From a virus (lineage: Duplodnaviria > Caudoviricetes), in the IMG/VR virus record IMGVR_UViG_3300044612_000613, positions 1 through 43,665 of that record: a stretch of DNA of 43,665 bases. One strand, 5' to 3'. Positions 18,813 through 27,454 of this stretch are shown here, piece by piece. The notes below the pieces were generated by a model. The model worked only from the letters and a program-made list of their open reading frames with translations, was not told the origin of the DNA and ran no database searches. Made by a program: the position numbers and the translations under genes. Numbering within the stretch: the first letter of the stretch is position 1; each line of letters begins with the position of its first letter.

Positions 18813-19033
18813 TCGCGCCAGTCCTTCATGATGCCCGCGCGGCGGGCCGGGTGGTCGCGCCACTTCCGCCGCTGCTGCCGGGTGTCGTCGACGAAAATGA
18901 TGAACCCCACGATGCCGGCGCAGGTCATCACGACCGCGACCAGCTTCAACGTGACGTCGTAGTGGATCGACAGCGCGGCCAGCATGGCGGCGATCATGGC
19001 GACGTAGGCCAGCGCGAGCAGAGCGGGCTTCAC
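18809..19033 (-). CDS. Small two-TM membrane protein
   Basis: Two hydrophobic helices then a basic tail. GTGA overlaps. Confidence 0.65.
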   Translation of the reverse strand: MKPALLALAYVAMIAAMLAALSIHYDVTLKLVAVVMTCAGIVGFIIFVDDTRQQRRKWRDHPARRAGIMKDWRE

Positions 19034-19287
19034 GGCTTCACCCCGATGTGCGCGTAGACGTCGCGGAACGCGGCGGCCAGCTCCTCGTCGGTGATGGATA
19101 CGCGCGGCCCCGTGGTCGAGGCCACCCAGTCCGACAGCTTGTCGATGATCTCGCGGGCAATGCCTGGCGTGAGGCAGATGCAGGCGCGGTCGGTGTCGTC
19201 CTCGATGACGAGTTCGCACTGCTCGCCGAACGTCTCGATGCGGATCAGTGCCAGCTCGGGGCTGACGATGGCGGTGACTTTCTTCAT
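19030..19287 (-). CDS. Hypothetical protein
   Basis: SD AGGAG before MKKVTAIV. First gene after the operator at 19330. Confidence 0.7.
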   Translation of the reverse strand: MKKVTAIVSPELALIRIETFGEQCELVIEDDTDRACICLTPGIAREIIDKLSDWVASTTGPRVSITDEELAAAFRDVYAHIGVKP

Positions 19288-19329
19288 GGGGCGCTCCTGC
19301 GCGGTGAGTGTGCGAGCATGGTCGCCATT

Positions 19330-19348
19330 CGTTGCGCCCGCCGCAACC
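19330..19348. promoter_or_regulatory. Operator-like palindrome
   Basis: CGTTGCG-cccgc-CGCAACC in an intergenic gap. Confidence 0.6.
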
Positions 19349-19373
19349 ACGCGCGCAGAACGCACCGTTCTAC

Positions 19374-19784
19374 CTATGCAACACCGCCGCGCAACGCCGC
19401 CTCGGCGTCCTCGGGCGACCGGACCTCGGCAGCGATGCCGCCGGCACGCCGCACGGCCTCGAGGAATCCGGCCTGCTCGTCGGTCAGCTTGGCGCGGTCC
19501 TTGACTTCCAGCGCCGCGAACAGCGCGACACGCTGGCCGACCATGTCGGGCGTGATCTCGACGGTGTGCCAGCCGATCAAGTCGGACGACCCATTGCACA
19601 GCCCGGCGATCAATGGGCGCGCGGCCTTGACCAGCACGTCGCCCGGCTCGGCCTGGATCGTGCATCGCCCGCGGATCGGTATGGACTTCCCGACCCAGCC
19701 CTTGCCGACGTTCTGGCGGAACAGTCGCGTCGCGCCCCTGCCGCACGCGGCCATGATCTGCCGCAGCACTGCCATCTCGCTCAC
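19374..19784 (-). CDS. VRR-NUC / PD-(D/E)xK nuclease
   Basis: RLFRQNVG, GSSDLIG, ALEVK...EQ..FL..V..AGG.A motifs. Confidence 0.88.
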   Translation of the reverse strand: MSEMAVLRQIMAACGRGATRLFRQNVGKGWVGKSIPIRGRCTIQAEPGDVLVKAARPLIAGLCNGSSDLIGWHTVEITPDMVGQRVALFAALEVKDRAKLTDEQAGFLEAVRRAGGIAAEVRSPEDAEAALRGGVA

Positions 19785-20125
19785 TAGAACCCCCAGCCTT
19801 TCGGCATCATCATCGCCACGCTCGACGGCCTAGCCCGCGCCGCCTCGTTGTACCCCCGCCACGACACGCGCATGCAGTCGTCGCAGCGGCAGTCCTCGTT
19901 ACCCTTGGCCGAAGTCCAGAACCGACTGGTAAGCCATCGTTTGCATCCCCTGCAGAACCTGCGACCGGAGGCGGCCGGGTGCCTCGGGAAAACACAGCAC
20001 TGGCTCGACACAGTACGGGACGCCCGAACAGACGAAGCAGCTCGCTGGTCGCAGAGCATGTTCGCCCGGTCCCTCAGTCGCTGGCGCTCCGGCGTCATCC
20101 TTCCGGTGGCTGGTCTCGGCATCAT
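19784..20125 (-). CDS. Hypothetical protein with CxxC...CxxC zinc finger
   Basis: CRGC...CDDC. Coupled overlaps. Confidence 0.55.
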   Translation of the reverse strand: MMPRPATGRMTPERQRLRDRANMLCDQRAASSVRASRTVSSQCCVFPRHPAASGRRFCRGCKRWLTSRFWTSAKGNEDCRCDDCMRVSWRGYNEAARARPSSVAMMMPKGWGF

Positions 20126-20343
20126 GCTGGTGCACTCGCGTGGTCTCGGCAGGCGGCAATGGCGGCATTGTACGCAGCGGCACGGTCGCCAGGCTCATCG
20201 GCGCAGGGCCAGGCTCCGAGTATCCGCCCGCGCGGAGCGACCGCCATGTAGACGATGCGGCCCTTGCCCTGCCCGGCCTTGTTGATCGTGTAGCTTCCGC
20301 AGTCGCTGGTGACGTGGTGCGCGTCGCGCTTGGTGAAGTTCAT
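20122..20343 (-). CDS. Hypothetical protein
   Basis: MNFTKRDAHH start has an ATGA overlap with the methyltransferase stop. Confidence 0.6.
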   Translation of the reverse strand: MNFTKRDAHHVTSDCGSYTINKAGQGKGRIVYMAVAPRGRILGAWPCADEPGDRAAAYNAAIAACRDHASAPA

Positions 20344-21767
20344 GGGAACAGTGTGAGCTGTGGTTCGGTGACAGGCGGCGGCTCGGGCTTGGGCATCACG
20401 GCGGCGATGCGCGCCCGCGCGATCTCGACGTATTCCGCCTCGCGCTCGATCCCGATGAATCGGAAGCCCTCGAGCACGGCGGCCTTGCCGGTGCTGCCGC
20501 TGCCGGTGAACGGGTCGAGCACCACGCCACCGGGCGGCGCCACCAGCCGGCACAGGTAGCGCATCAGGTCGGTGGGCTTCACCGTGGGGTGCACGTTCTC
20601 GGCGCCGCGGTCGGCCTTGCTCGCCTTCGCGCAGTAGAAGAACCGGGCGGCACTGCCGGTGCTCGCCTCGATCTCGCGCATCCGGTATCCGGCGTGCTCT
20701 CCGTAGACCTCGCGGGCCTTGCTGTGGCCGCCGACCGTGCCTGCCTTGACAGCACCGCTCTTGCTCTCAGGAAAACCAGCCAGCACCTCTTCACTCCCGT
20801 CGTGAATCAGGTTGGCGGGCCAGCGGCCGGCGGTGGTCGTTCCACCCGCACGGCTGCCGGTTGTCGATCCATCAATCGCTCCGGCGTAGGTGTTCGCTCC
20901 CATAGGGCGCCTATCCATTTCGATCAATGGGCGCTCTCCGCCTTCCACCCTGCACCCATCCACATTCAGCGCCCCCGTCCCATGCGCCAGCACGTTCTCG
21001 GCCACGGTGCCCGCCAGCGGCTTCCGGGCGACGGTGATGGGCTCCAGCGCGGGCTTGAGCGCGGTGCCCCAGCCTTGCCACTCGTTGCTGCCGGAGGTGC
21101 CTTGCCCTTTACCTTTGGTCCACTCGTCGCCGGGTGTCTCGCCCTTCGGCTGCGGGGGTTCTTTGACCAACGCCACAACCCAGTCGGGCGGCTCCATGTT
21201 CATGTGCTCGCGCAGTCGCGCCCAAGCCTCAGCGGTTGGGACCATCGCGCGGCGCCCATAGCGCGGCGCGTCCTTGGTCGCCGTGTTCACGATCTCCACT
21301 TCGCCCGTCAGAAACCGCACGGACCCCGTGACCCTGCGCACGGTTTCGGCGTCAAGGCCGGACTGCTCCCGCATCCATGCGCAGAACAGCGCCTCATCGG
21401 GCAGCAGATCAAGGCGCGCGTCAGGCTTGCGCGCGTCGTCCACCGCTTTGGCGACGTTGAGCGACTTCGGGAACCCCGACCCATACACCCACGCGATCAT
21501 GTCCCGAATCTCGAACCCGGCGTCTTCGATCCGTACGGCCATGCGGTGCTGCGTGCGGGTGCCAGCGAACGCCAGCAGGTGCCCGCCGGGCTTCAGCACC
21601 CGAAGGCACTCAGCCCAGATCTCGACGCTAGGCACGTCGTAGTCCCAGCGCTTGCCCATGAACGAAAGCCCATAGGGCGGGTCGGTGACGATGGCATCGA
21701 CAGATTCCGAGGCCATGCCACGAAGCACGGCGAGACAGTCGCCGTTGTGTAGTTCGACAGTACTCAC
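20340..21767 (-). CDS. DNA amino-methyltransferase (N6-A/N4-C, beta class)
   Basis: GDCL, VTDPPY, HPTVKP and VLDPFTGSGSTG motifs in beta order. GTG start at 21767. No cognate restriction enzyme recognised. Confidence 0.92.
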   Translation of the reverse strand: MSTVELHNGDCLAVLRGMASESVDAIVTDPPYGLSFMGKRWDYDVPSVEIWAECLRVLKPGGHLLAFAGTRTQHRMAVRIEDAGFEIRDMIAWVYGSGFPKSLNVAKAVDDARKPDARLDLLPDEALFCAWMREQSGLDAETVRRVTGSVRFLTGEVEIVNTATKDAPRYGRRAMVPTAEAWARLREHMNMEPPDWVVALVKEPPQPKGETPGDEWTKGKGQGTSGSNEWQGWGTALKPALEPITVARKPLAGTVAENVLAHGTGALNVDGCRVEGGERPLIEMDRRPMGANTYAGAIDGSTTGSRAGGTTTAGRWPANLIHDGSEEVLAGFPESKSGAVKAGTVGGHSKAREVYGEHAGYRMREIEASTGSAARFFYCAKASKADRGAENVHPTVKPTDLMRYLCRLVAPPGGVVLDPFTGSGSTGKAAVLEGFRFIGIEREAEYVEIARARIAAVMPKPEPPPVTEPQLTLFP

Positions 21768-21985
21768 GCCCTTTCCTTGTGCAGATGGTTGAACACCCGG
21801 CGCAGCGCGTAGCCGCGCACGAGGCTGATGATGGTGAAAAACACGGTAATGCCGAAGCCGTCGGCGACGGTCGGGCGATGGCCGAACAGGGGCAGCACGA
21901 CGAGCGTCGCGGCCCATGAAATGCCGAACCCGACGGCGGTGCTGACGGTCGTCTCGACGAGCGACTGGAGCTTAGTCTGACTCAT
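21764..21985 (-). CDS. Two-TM conserved phage membrane protein
   Basis: MSQTKLQSLVE...GF...ISLVRGYALRRVFN. Confidence 0.75.
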   Translation of the reverse strand: MSQTKLQSLVETTVSTAVGFGISWAATLVVLPLFGHRPTVADGFGITVFFTIISLVRGYALRRVFNHLHKERA

Positions 21986-22224
21986 GGCACCCCCACTGTG
22001 AGACTCCACGACCCGTCTGGATTAACGGTGCCGCTCACGCTCCACATGCAGCCGGCGTCGGCCTGCCGGCGGAAGGCACCGGCAGCCACCTCGCCCATGT
22101 GCTTCGACAGCGCCTTGATCGCGGTCGCCCTGGCTTCCGCGCCCTCCTCACCATTCAACCGACGGCGCAGGCGTTCAACGTCCGCGTCGATCATCGCCTG
22201 CATCTCACTCAGATTGATGTTCAT
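21982..22224 (-). CDS. Hypothetical protein
   Basis: SD GGAGGAGG. ATGA overlaps at both ends. Confidence 0.65.
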   Translation of the reverse strand: MNINLSEMQAMIDADVERLRRRLNGEEGAEARATAIKALSKHMGEVAAGAFRRQADAGCMWSVSGTVNPDGSWSLTVGVP

Positions 22225-23624
22225 GCCCTCCTCCCTGCCCGCGCCCTGAACAAATGGTTTGCCCAAGCCACCGGGTTTCGGTAGCCCCTACTCGCCCCCA
22301 GCTTGATCAGATCCTCCAGCGTCTGCGCCGCCGCCTGCTCCTTGCGCGCCTCACGCTTCACGCGCGCCACCTCGACCTCGGACAGCGTGCCGGCGACCTC
22401 CTCAATCTGCCGGGCCTTGATCGGAAACGCTGCCCCGCACTCGCGGCACTTGGATGCCGCAGCCGGCGACACGGCGAAGCACGACGGGCACTGGCGGATG
22501 GCGACGTCGTCCTCAGACTTGCCCTTCGACTTCCGCGCCTCGCGCCCGAGCAGCGACCACTCGCGCGGGTCATCCGGCAGGCCATGCCGCGACGAGTTGC
22601 CGACGTGGTCCAGGATCACGGCATGCGGCTTGCCCGGTGCCGTCCGCAAGGCGCGGCCGACTTGCTGCAGGTACAGGCCGAGCGACTGGGTCGGGCGCAG
22701 CAGGATCGCGCCGACGATGCCGGGGACATCGAAGCCTTCCGAGATCACGTCCACGCTGGTCAGTACGTTGATCGCGCCGCGGCCGAAGTCGGACACGATG
22801 CCCTTGCGCAGCGATCGGTCCATGGTGCCGTCGAGCTTCGCCGCCCGGTAGCCCTGCGCACGGAACTGCTCGGCCACATGCTCGGCATGCTCGATCGACA
22901 CGCAGAACGCCACGGCCGGCTGCCCGTCCATGCGCTTGCGGTACTCGCCGACGGCCGACCCGATGATGGCGGGCTTGTCGACCTTTGCCGCCACCTCGCC
23001 CTTGACGAAGTCGCCCATCCTGCTGCGGACCCCAGACAGGTCGAGCTGCTGGGCCGGCGCGAACAGGCGGTACTCGGACAGCGCGCCGAGATCCACAAGC
23101 TCGCGCGTCGTCGGCCCCAGCACCATCTCGTCGAACACCTCGCCCAGTCCCTCGCCCGACAGGCGCTCCGGCGTCGCAGTCACACCGATCAGGCGCATGC
23201 TCGGCAGCTTGGTGCGCCACTCGGCGACCACCCTGCCCCACGTAGACGCGCCGATGCAGTGATGCGCCTCGTCACAGATGACGTAATCCGGCACGGCCAC
23301 GCGGTCCATGCGCCGCGCCAGCGTCTGCACACTGGCGACATGCACGCGGTGACGCCTGTCGTACAGGCGTCCCGCAGCGATGTAGCCGTGCGCCACGTCG
23401 AACCGGGACAGCGTCTCGGAGACCTGGTCGACCAGCTCGTCGCGGTGGACGAGGATGACCACGCGCTTGCCCGCGGCCTGCAGGCGGCTGGTCAGGTAGG
23501 AGAAACAGACGGTCTTGCCGCCGCCGGTGGGGAGCACCAGCAGCGGCGAGTGATAGCCAGCGGAGAACGCGTCGCGCAGCCCTTGGATGGCGGCGTCCTG
23601 GTAGGGGCGAAGGACGACGGCCAT
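22221..23624 (-). CDS. SF2 DEAH helicase with C-terminal zinc ribbon (RadD/YejH-like)
   Basis: LRPYQ, PTGGGKT, DEAHH, TATP, QQVGRALR, CPSC..CREC. Confidence 0.93.
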   Translation of the reverse strand: MAVVLRPYQDAAIQGLRDAFSAGYHSPLLVLPTGGGKTVCFSYLTSRLQAAGKRVVILVHRDELVDQVSETLSRFDVAHGYIAAGRLYDRRHRVHVASVQTLARRMDRVAVPDYVICDEAHHCIGASTWGRVVAEWRTKLPSMRLIGVTATPERLSGEGLGEVFDEMVLGPTTRELVDLGALSEYRLFAPAQQLDLSGVRSRMGDFVKGEVAAKVDKPAIIGSAVGEYRKRMDGQPAVAFCVSIEHAEHVAEQFRAQGYRAAKLDGTMDRSLRKGIVSDFGRGAINVLTSVDVISEGFDVPGIVGAILLRPTQSLGLYLQQVGRALRTAPGKPHAVILDHVGNSSRHGLPDDPREWSLLGREARKSKGKSEDDVAIRQCPSCFAVSPAAASKCRECGAAFPIKARQIEEVAGTLSEVEVARVKREARKEQAAAQTLEDLIKLGASRGYRNPVAWANHLFRARAGRRA

Positions 23625-23625
23625 G

Positions 23626-23937
23626 TCACCGTGCCTCGGCGACGTCGACCCCTTCCTGCGGCTGCCGAGCTTCGATCTCGCGCAGCTGTCCGTTCGCCGT
23701 TCTCAGCGCAGCCTTGAGCGCATCGCCCCAGTCGGCGAGGTCTTCATTGGTGACAGGCCCGTCCTTGAGCAGCGGCTCCGGCACCTGCGCCGTCATCTCA
23801 GGCGGAAGCCGCACGTACACCGGCACCCGGACCTCGACGGCCTCGGGCTTCACGGCTCGGTTACTCGCGCAGGCTGCGAGCGACAGCGTCAGGCACGCGA
23901 GTAGCAGCCCACGCGGCAGCGGATGGATCACGTTCAT
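23626..23937 (-). CDS. o-spanin (Rz1-like lipoprotein)
   Basis: Signal peptide with lipobox LAAC, Pro-rich, overlaps the 3' end of the i-spanin. Confidence 0.8.
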   Translation of the reverse strand: MNVIHPLPRGLLLACLTLSLAACASNRAVKPEAVEVRVPVYVRLPPEMTAQVPEPLLKDGPVTNEDLADWGDALKAALRTANGQLREIEARQPQEGVDVAEAR

Positions 23938-24301
23938 AGATAACCCCTCGGTCGGTGCGACGACGATCCAGCTCCCTTTGCAGCGCGTCGCGTTCGCTGC
24001 GAAGGTCGGCCACGGCTTCCGCGGCTGCTTGCTGGTCCGCGGCTCGCCCCTCAGCGAGTTCACGGTTGACTTCCTGCAGGCGGGCGATGACGTCGACGGC
24101 GGCAGTGTTCGCCTCCTCGAGCTTCGCCACCTGCGCCTTGAGTTCGGAGATCTCCTGCGCAGCCTCGGCTCGGGCGGAATCGCGGCCGGTGTCGTAGGCC
24201 CACCACGCGCCAACGCCGAGCGCGCCAAGCAGCAGCAGCCCGGCCCAGACCTCGGCGGGGATGGCCTTGACGAGCCAGCGCGCGGCGTCGACGACGATCA
24301 C
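23861..24301 (-). CDS. i-spanin (Rz-like)
   Basis: N-terminal TM, coiled coil, C-terminal WA.T.VP.AV motif. Confidence 0.8.
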   Translation of the reverse strand: MIVVDAARWLVKAIPAEVWAGLLLLGALGVGAWWAYDTGRDSARAEAAQEISELKAQVAKLEEANTAAVDVIARLQEVNRELAEGRAADQQAAAEAVADLRSERDALQRELDRRRTDRGVIYERDPSAAAWAATRVPDAVARSLRE

Positions 24302-24633
24302 GGCGCAGCCTGCGGCACTGGGCCGCCGATGGGCGGAACAGGAATCCCGTGCCTGCGCAGCTCGTCCTCGAGGTGCCACACCCGCGAGCGCATGCGCAGG
24401 CCGTCGGTCTCAAGCGCCTGCACGCGTTCCGACAGTCGGGCGACCTCTGCTCGCAGGTTCTCGATGATGTCCTTCTCCGCTTGATAGCCGGCGGCGTCGG
24501 CGCCGTAGCCGTATTCCTCAGCCTGCCGGCGATGGCGGCCAGTCAGCCATGCCAGCGCTCCGGCAATGGCGGCAGCGATGCCCGCGCCGATCGTGCCCCA
24601 CATGCCAAGGTTTCCGCCGGTCTCGTCCATCAC
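24298..24633 (-). CDS. Single-TM coiled-coil protein, holin candidate
   Basis: One TM plus coiled coil. Lies between endolysin and spanins. Confidence 0.55.
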   Translation of the reverse strand: MMDETGGNLGMWGTIGAGIAAAIAGALAWLTGRHRRQAEEYGYGADAAGYQAEKDIIENLRAEVARLSERVQALETDGLRMRSRVWHLEDELRRHGIPVPPIGGPVPQAAP

Positions 24634-25139
24634 GCCTTGCCCTTCACGGTTTCGACGGCGGAATCATACAGCGCCTTCCACGTCTGCGGGTGGGGCTTGC
24701 CCGGTCGCCAGTTGCGGATGTAGCAGGCCCACGCGTGAGCATCGCGGCCGATGGCCGGCAGCGGCGCGGCGTCGGTAAACAGCAGCAGCCGCGCGAAGAT
24801 CGCGGCGAGCACGTCATCCTCGGCGAGCGCGGTCCACACGGCGCGGCTCTCGTTCGGGATGCCGCGCTTGTGGATGATCGCCGCCGCGATGTCGCGGCTG
24901 GCCGGATGGGTCAGCACGCCGGCGACGCCACCCCCGCGCTCGAACTGCCAGAACCCGCGGGCCGGACCGTTGGGCATGCCGGGGCGCGGCGGCATTTGCA
25001 GGCGGTGACGGAATCGCGACTCCTGCAAGCCGATCGCCAGCAGCATGACGCGGGCCTCGTCGGAAGCCATGCGCGCCGGCAGCTCGGCGAAGGCCGGCTC
25101 GACCATGTCGCGCAGTACGAGGTGCAGGTTGACAGTCAT
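24630..25139 (-). CDS. Putative endolysin (lysozyme-like fold)
   Basis: LLAIGLQESR...GPARGFWQFE...YIRNWRPGKP. Upstream of the spanins. ATGA overlap with cro. Confidence 0.75.
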   Translation of the reverse strand: MTVNLHLVLRDMVEPAFAELPARMASDEARVMLLAIGLQESRFRHRLQMPPRPGMPNGPARGFWQFERGGGVAGVLTHPASRDIAAAIIHKRGIPNESRAVWTALAEDDVLAAIFARLLLFTDAAPLPAIGRDAHAWACYIRNWRPGKPHPQTWKALYDSAVETVKGKA

Positions 25140-25378
25140 GCGGCGGCGGCCTCCATGGTTCGGCCGAGGACCAGGTCGTCGGCGGTCAGGACGATCGAGC
25201 GCTCGCGCGCCATGTTGAGCAGCGGCGCGTGATACCTCGAGGGGATCAAGCCGCCGGTGCCCTTGGGCACGGGCTGACCCCAGCGCCAGATAGTCGACCG
25301 GGAGACGCGGAGCGCGCGCTCGAGGTCGGTCGGTCGGAACGTTTCGGTGACCAGTTGGCCGGGCGTGATGCGATTCAT
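25136..25378 (-). CDS. cro: Cro-like HTH regulator
   Basis: LERALRVSRSTIWRW...GLIP. Divergent from the repressor. Confidence 0.8.
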   Translation of the reverse strand: MNRITPGQLVTETFRPTDLERALRVSRSTIWRWGQPVPKGTGGLIPSRYHAPLLNMARERSIVLTADDLVLGRTMEAAAA

Positions 25379-25472
25379 GCGGCGATTGTTGCGCGCACCG
25401 CAACGGGTGTCAAGCGATGCCGGCGCCGCGTCGGATGTTGCGCTAGGTGCGACATAGTGCTAAGGGGTTACT
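25379..25472. promoter_or_regulatory. Immunity region: leftward promoter and 2-3 operators
   Basis: Minus-strand TTGACA (25413-25408)-17 nt-AACAAT. Operators TGTTGCG-cgcac-CGCAACG (25387-25405) and TGTTGCG-ctagg-TGCGACA (25436-25454), plus a degenerate copy at 25415-25433. Confidence 0.8.
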
Positions 25473-26063
25473 ATGATTGACACAGACTGGTTCATCACCC
25501 ACCTAGCAGATCGGAAGTTGTCGCAGCGACGGCTTGCACGCTTCATGGGCGTAGACCCTGCAAGCGTTCACCGACTACTGCAGGGAAAGAGACCAATGCG
25601 ATTTGACGAAGCCGGGCAGCTCGCTGCGCTGCTCGGAGTGACGGTTGACGACGTGCTGCGCCACGCTGGCCTGCCCGTGGGTGTCGGCGGCACGGTGCCC
25701 GTCGTAGGCACGATCGAGGCCGGCGGCGAGGCGCACATCGACTGGGGCGCAGAGCTGGGCCGCGCGCCCGCGCCGCTCGAGATGCCACCGAACACCGTGG
25801 CCGTGAGGATGCGGACGGCCGGGACGCCGTGGGAGCCGATGGACGGCTGGACTCTGTACGCCAGGCCACCGGTCGACGGCGTGCCCGCGGAAGTCGTGGG
25901 CCGCATGGCGCTGGTGCGGCTGGCCGGTAGCGGCACGATCCTGCTGCGGTTCCTGCGGCGAGGCTACACGCGCGGCCGGTACAACCTCGTGGGCTGGCAG
26001 GCGGCGTCGATCGAGGATGCCGCGCTGGATTGGGCGACCGCCGTGGATCACATCGCCACCTGA
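25473..26063 (+). CDS. cI: CI-like repressor (XRE HTH plus S24-like C-terminal domain)
   Basis: LSQRRLARFMGVDPASVHRLLQGKR, VPVVG.I.AG, and a degenerate S24-like C-terminus. Confidence 0.85.
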   Translation: MIDTDWFITHLADRKLSQRRLARFMGVDPASVHRLLQGKRPMRFDEAGQLAALLGVTVDDVLRHAGLPVGVGGTVPVVGTIEAGGEAHIDWGAELGRAPAPLEMPPNTVAVRMRTAGTPWEPMDGWTLYARPPVDGVPAEVVGRMALVRLAGSGTILLRFLRRGYTRGRYNLVGWQAASIEDAALDWATAVDHIAT

Positions 26064-26234
26064 GAGACTGCCCCGGTATCGTCGGGGCCACACGGCACAA
26101 TCACCCCAGCAGGATCGGACCGTAACGTGCCCGCCGCGACGCGGAGAAACCGGGGCTTGTGCTGCGGGTGTATGCCCATGTCGTCGGGCCGGCACCTCCC
26201 GCTGGCCGTCCACCCTCGACCATCCTGCCCGAAG

Positions 26235-26302
26235 TGATGCGGCGAGCGCAACAGGTGTTGACAGCCCGAACGTAACCCCTTAATGTTGCGACCAGCGCAA
26301 CG
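26235..26302 (+). promoter_or_regulatory. Rightward sigma70 promoter flanked by two operators
   Basis: TTGACA (26258-26263)-17 nt-TAATGT (26281-26286). Operators TGATGCG-gcgag-CGCAACA (26235-26253) and TGTTGCG-accag-CGCAACG (26284-26302). Confidence 0.85.
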
Positions 26303-26333
26303 CATCCCGCGATGCGCGCAGCAGGAGAGTCCC

Positions 26334-27263
26334 ATGGATCGTGAATTCATCACCCCCACCGACGAGGCCCACTGGCACGCAATGCGCGCCGCCGACCTCA
26401 CGTCGACCGACGTGGCCGCGCTGTTCGGCCTGAGCCCGTACAAAACCCGGTTCGAACTCTGGCACGAGAAGCGCTCCGGCGAGGTCGTGCGGATCAAAGA
26501 CAACGACCGGATGAAGTGGGGCCGGCGTCTGGAGTCGGCCATCGCCTACGGCATCGCTGAGGACCGCGAATGGTCGGCGACCCCGATGAAGGACTACGGG
26601 CGCATCCCGTCCGAGCGACTGGGCAGCAGCTTCGATTTCCAGTGCTTCGCGCGCCCCAGCAGCGACCACTTCATCCTCGAGATCAAGACCGTCGACGGCC
26701 TCGCCTTCCAGCGCGGCTGGATCATCGAGGACGACTACGTCGAGGCCCCGGCCCACATCGAGCTGCAGGTCCAGCACCAGATGCTCGTCTCGGGCCTGCG
26801 CCGCGCGTACATCGGCTGCCTGATCGGCGGCAACCGCATCGAGGTCCTGGAGCGCGAGGCCGACGACCAAGTCCACGCCGGCATCATCGCCGCCGCCCGC
26901 GACTTCTGGTCCAGCATCTCGGAAGGCCGCGAGCCGTCGCCCGTCATGCCCGACGACGCCGAGGCGGTGATCCGCATGAACCAGCACGCCGAGCCGGGCA
27001 AGTTGATCGACGCCCGCGGTGATGCGGTGATCGCGTCGCTCGTTGCGAGGTACGCCGAGCTGGGCCAGCAGGCCAAGGTCATCAGCGACGAGCGCGACGT
27101 GGTGAAGGCCGAACTGCTGCAGGCCATCGGCGACGCCGAGAAGGTCCTGCTCGACGGCTACAGCGTGAGCGCTGGCGTCGTCGGCCCTGCCGAGGTGGCC
27201 TACACGCGGCCCGGATACCGGAACCTGCGCATCACGGCGAAGAAAGCGAAGGCCGCCGCATGA
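26334..27263 (+). CDS. YqaJ-like (lambda-exo family) exonuclease
   Basis: W...R...TSTDVAALFGLSPY, GRRLE, SFD, LEIKT, QVQHQM. SD AGGAG. Confidence 0.9.
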   Translation: MDREFITPTDEAHWHAMRAADLTSTDVAALFGLSPYKTRFELWHEKRSGEVVRIKDNDRMKWGRRLESAIAYGIAEDREWSATPMKDYGRIPSERLGSSFDFQCFARPSSDHFILEIKTVDGLAFQRGWIIEDDYVEAPAHIELQVQHQMLVSGLRRAYIGCLIGGNRIEVLEREADDQVHAGIIAAARDFWSSISEGREPSPVMPDDAEAVIRMNQHAEPGKLIDARGDAVIASLVARYAELGQQAKVISDERDVVKAELLQAIGDAEKVLLDGYSVSAGVVGPAEVAYTRPGYRNLRITAKKAKAAA

Positions 27264-27454
27264 CCTACTCCCGCCTGATGGAGCAGGCCCACCGCCTCCA
27301 GGCCCAAACCTACCGCGCCTACGCCCTCGCCTACAGCATCGACCCATGGCTGACCGAGGACGAGCGCCGCGAGCAGGTCGATCACTTCACCGCCCTGTCC
27401 ACCACCTACGACGGCCTCGCCGCCGATTACCTCAAGATGGAGATCCCCGCATGA
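27260..27454 (+). CDS. Hypothetical protein
   Basis: ATGA overlaps at both ends. Confidence 0.7.
   Translation: MTYSRLMEQAHRLQAQTYRAYALAYSIDPWLTEDERREQVDHFTALSTTYDGLAADYLKMEIPA

Noticed and set aside
20340-21767. Restriction-modification system
   Set aside because: No cognate endonuclease. The nearby VRR-NUC is a typical phage replication/recombination nuclease.
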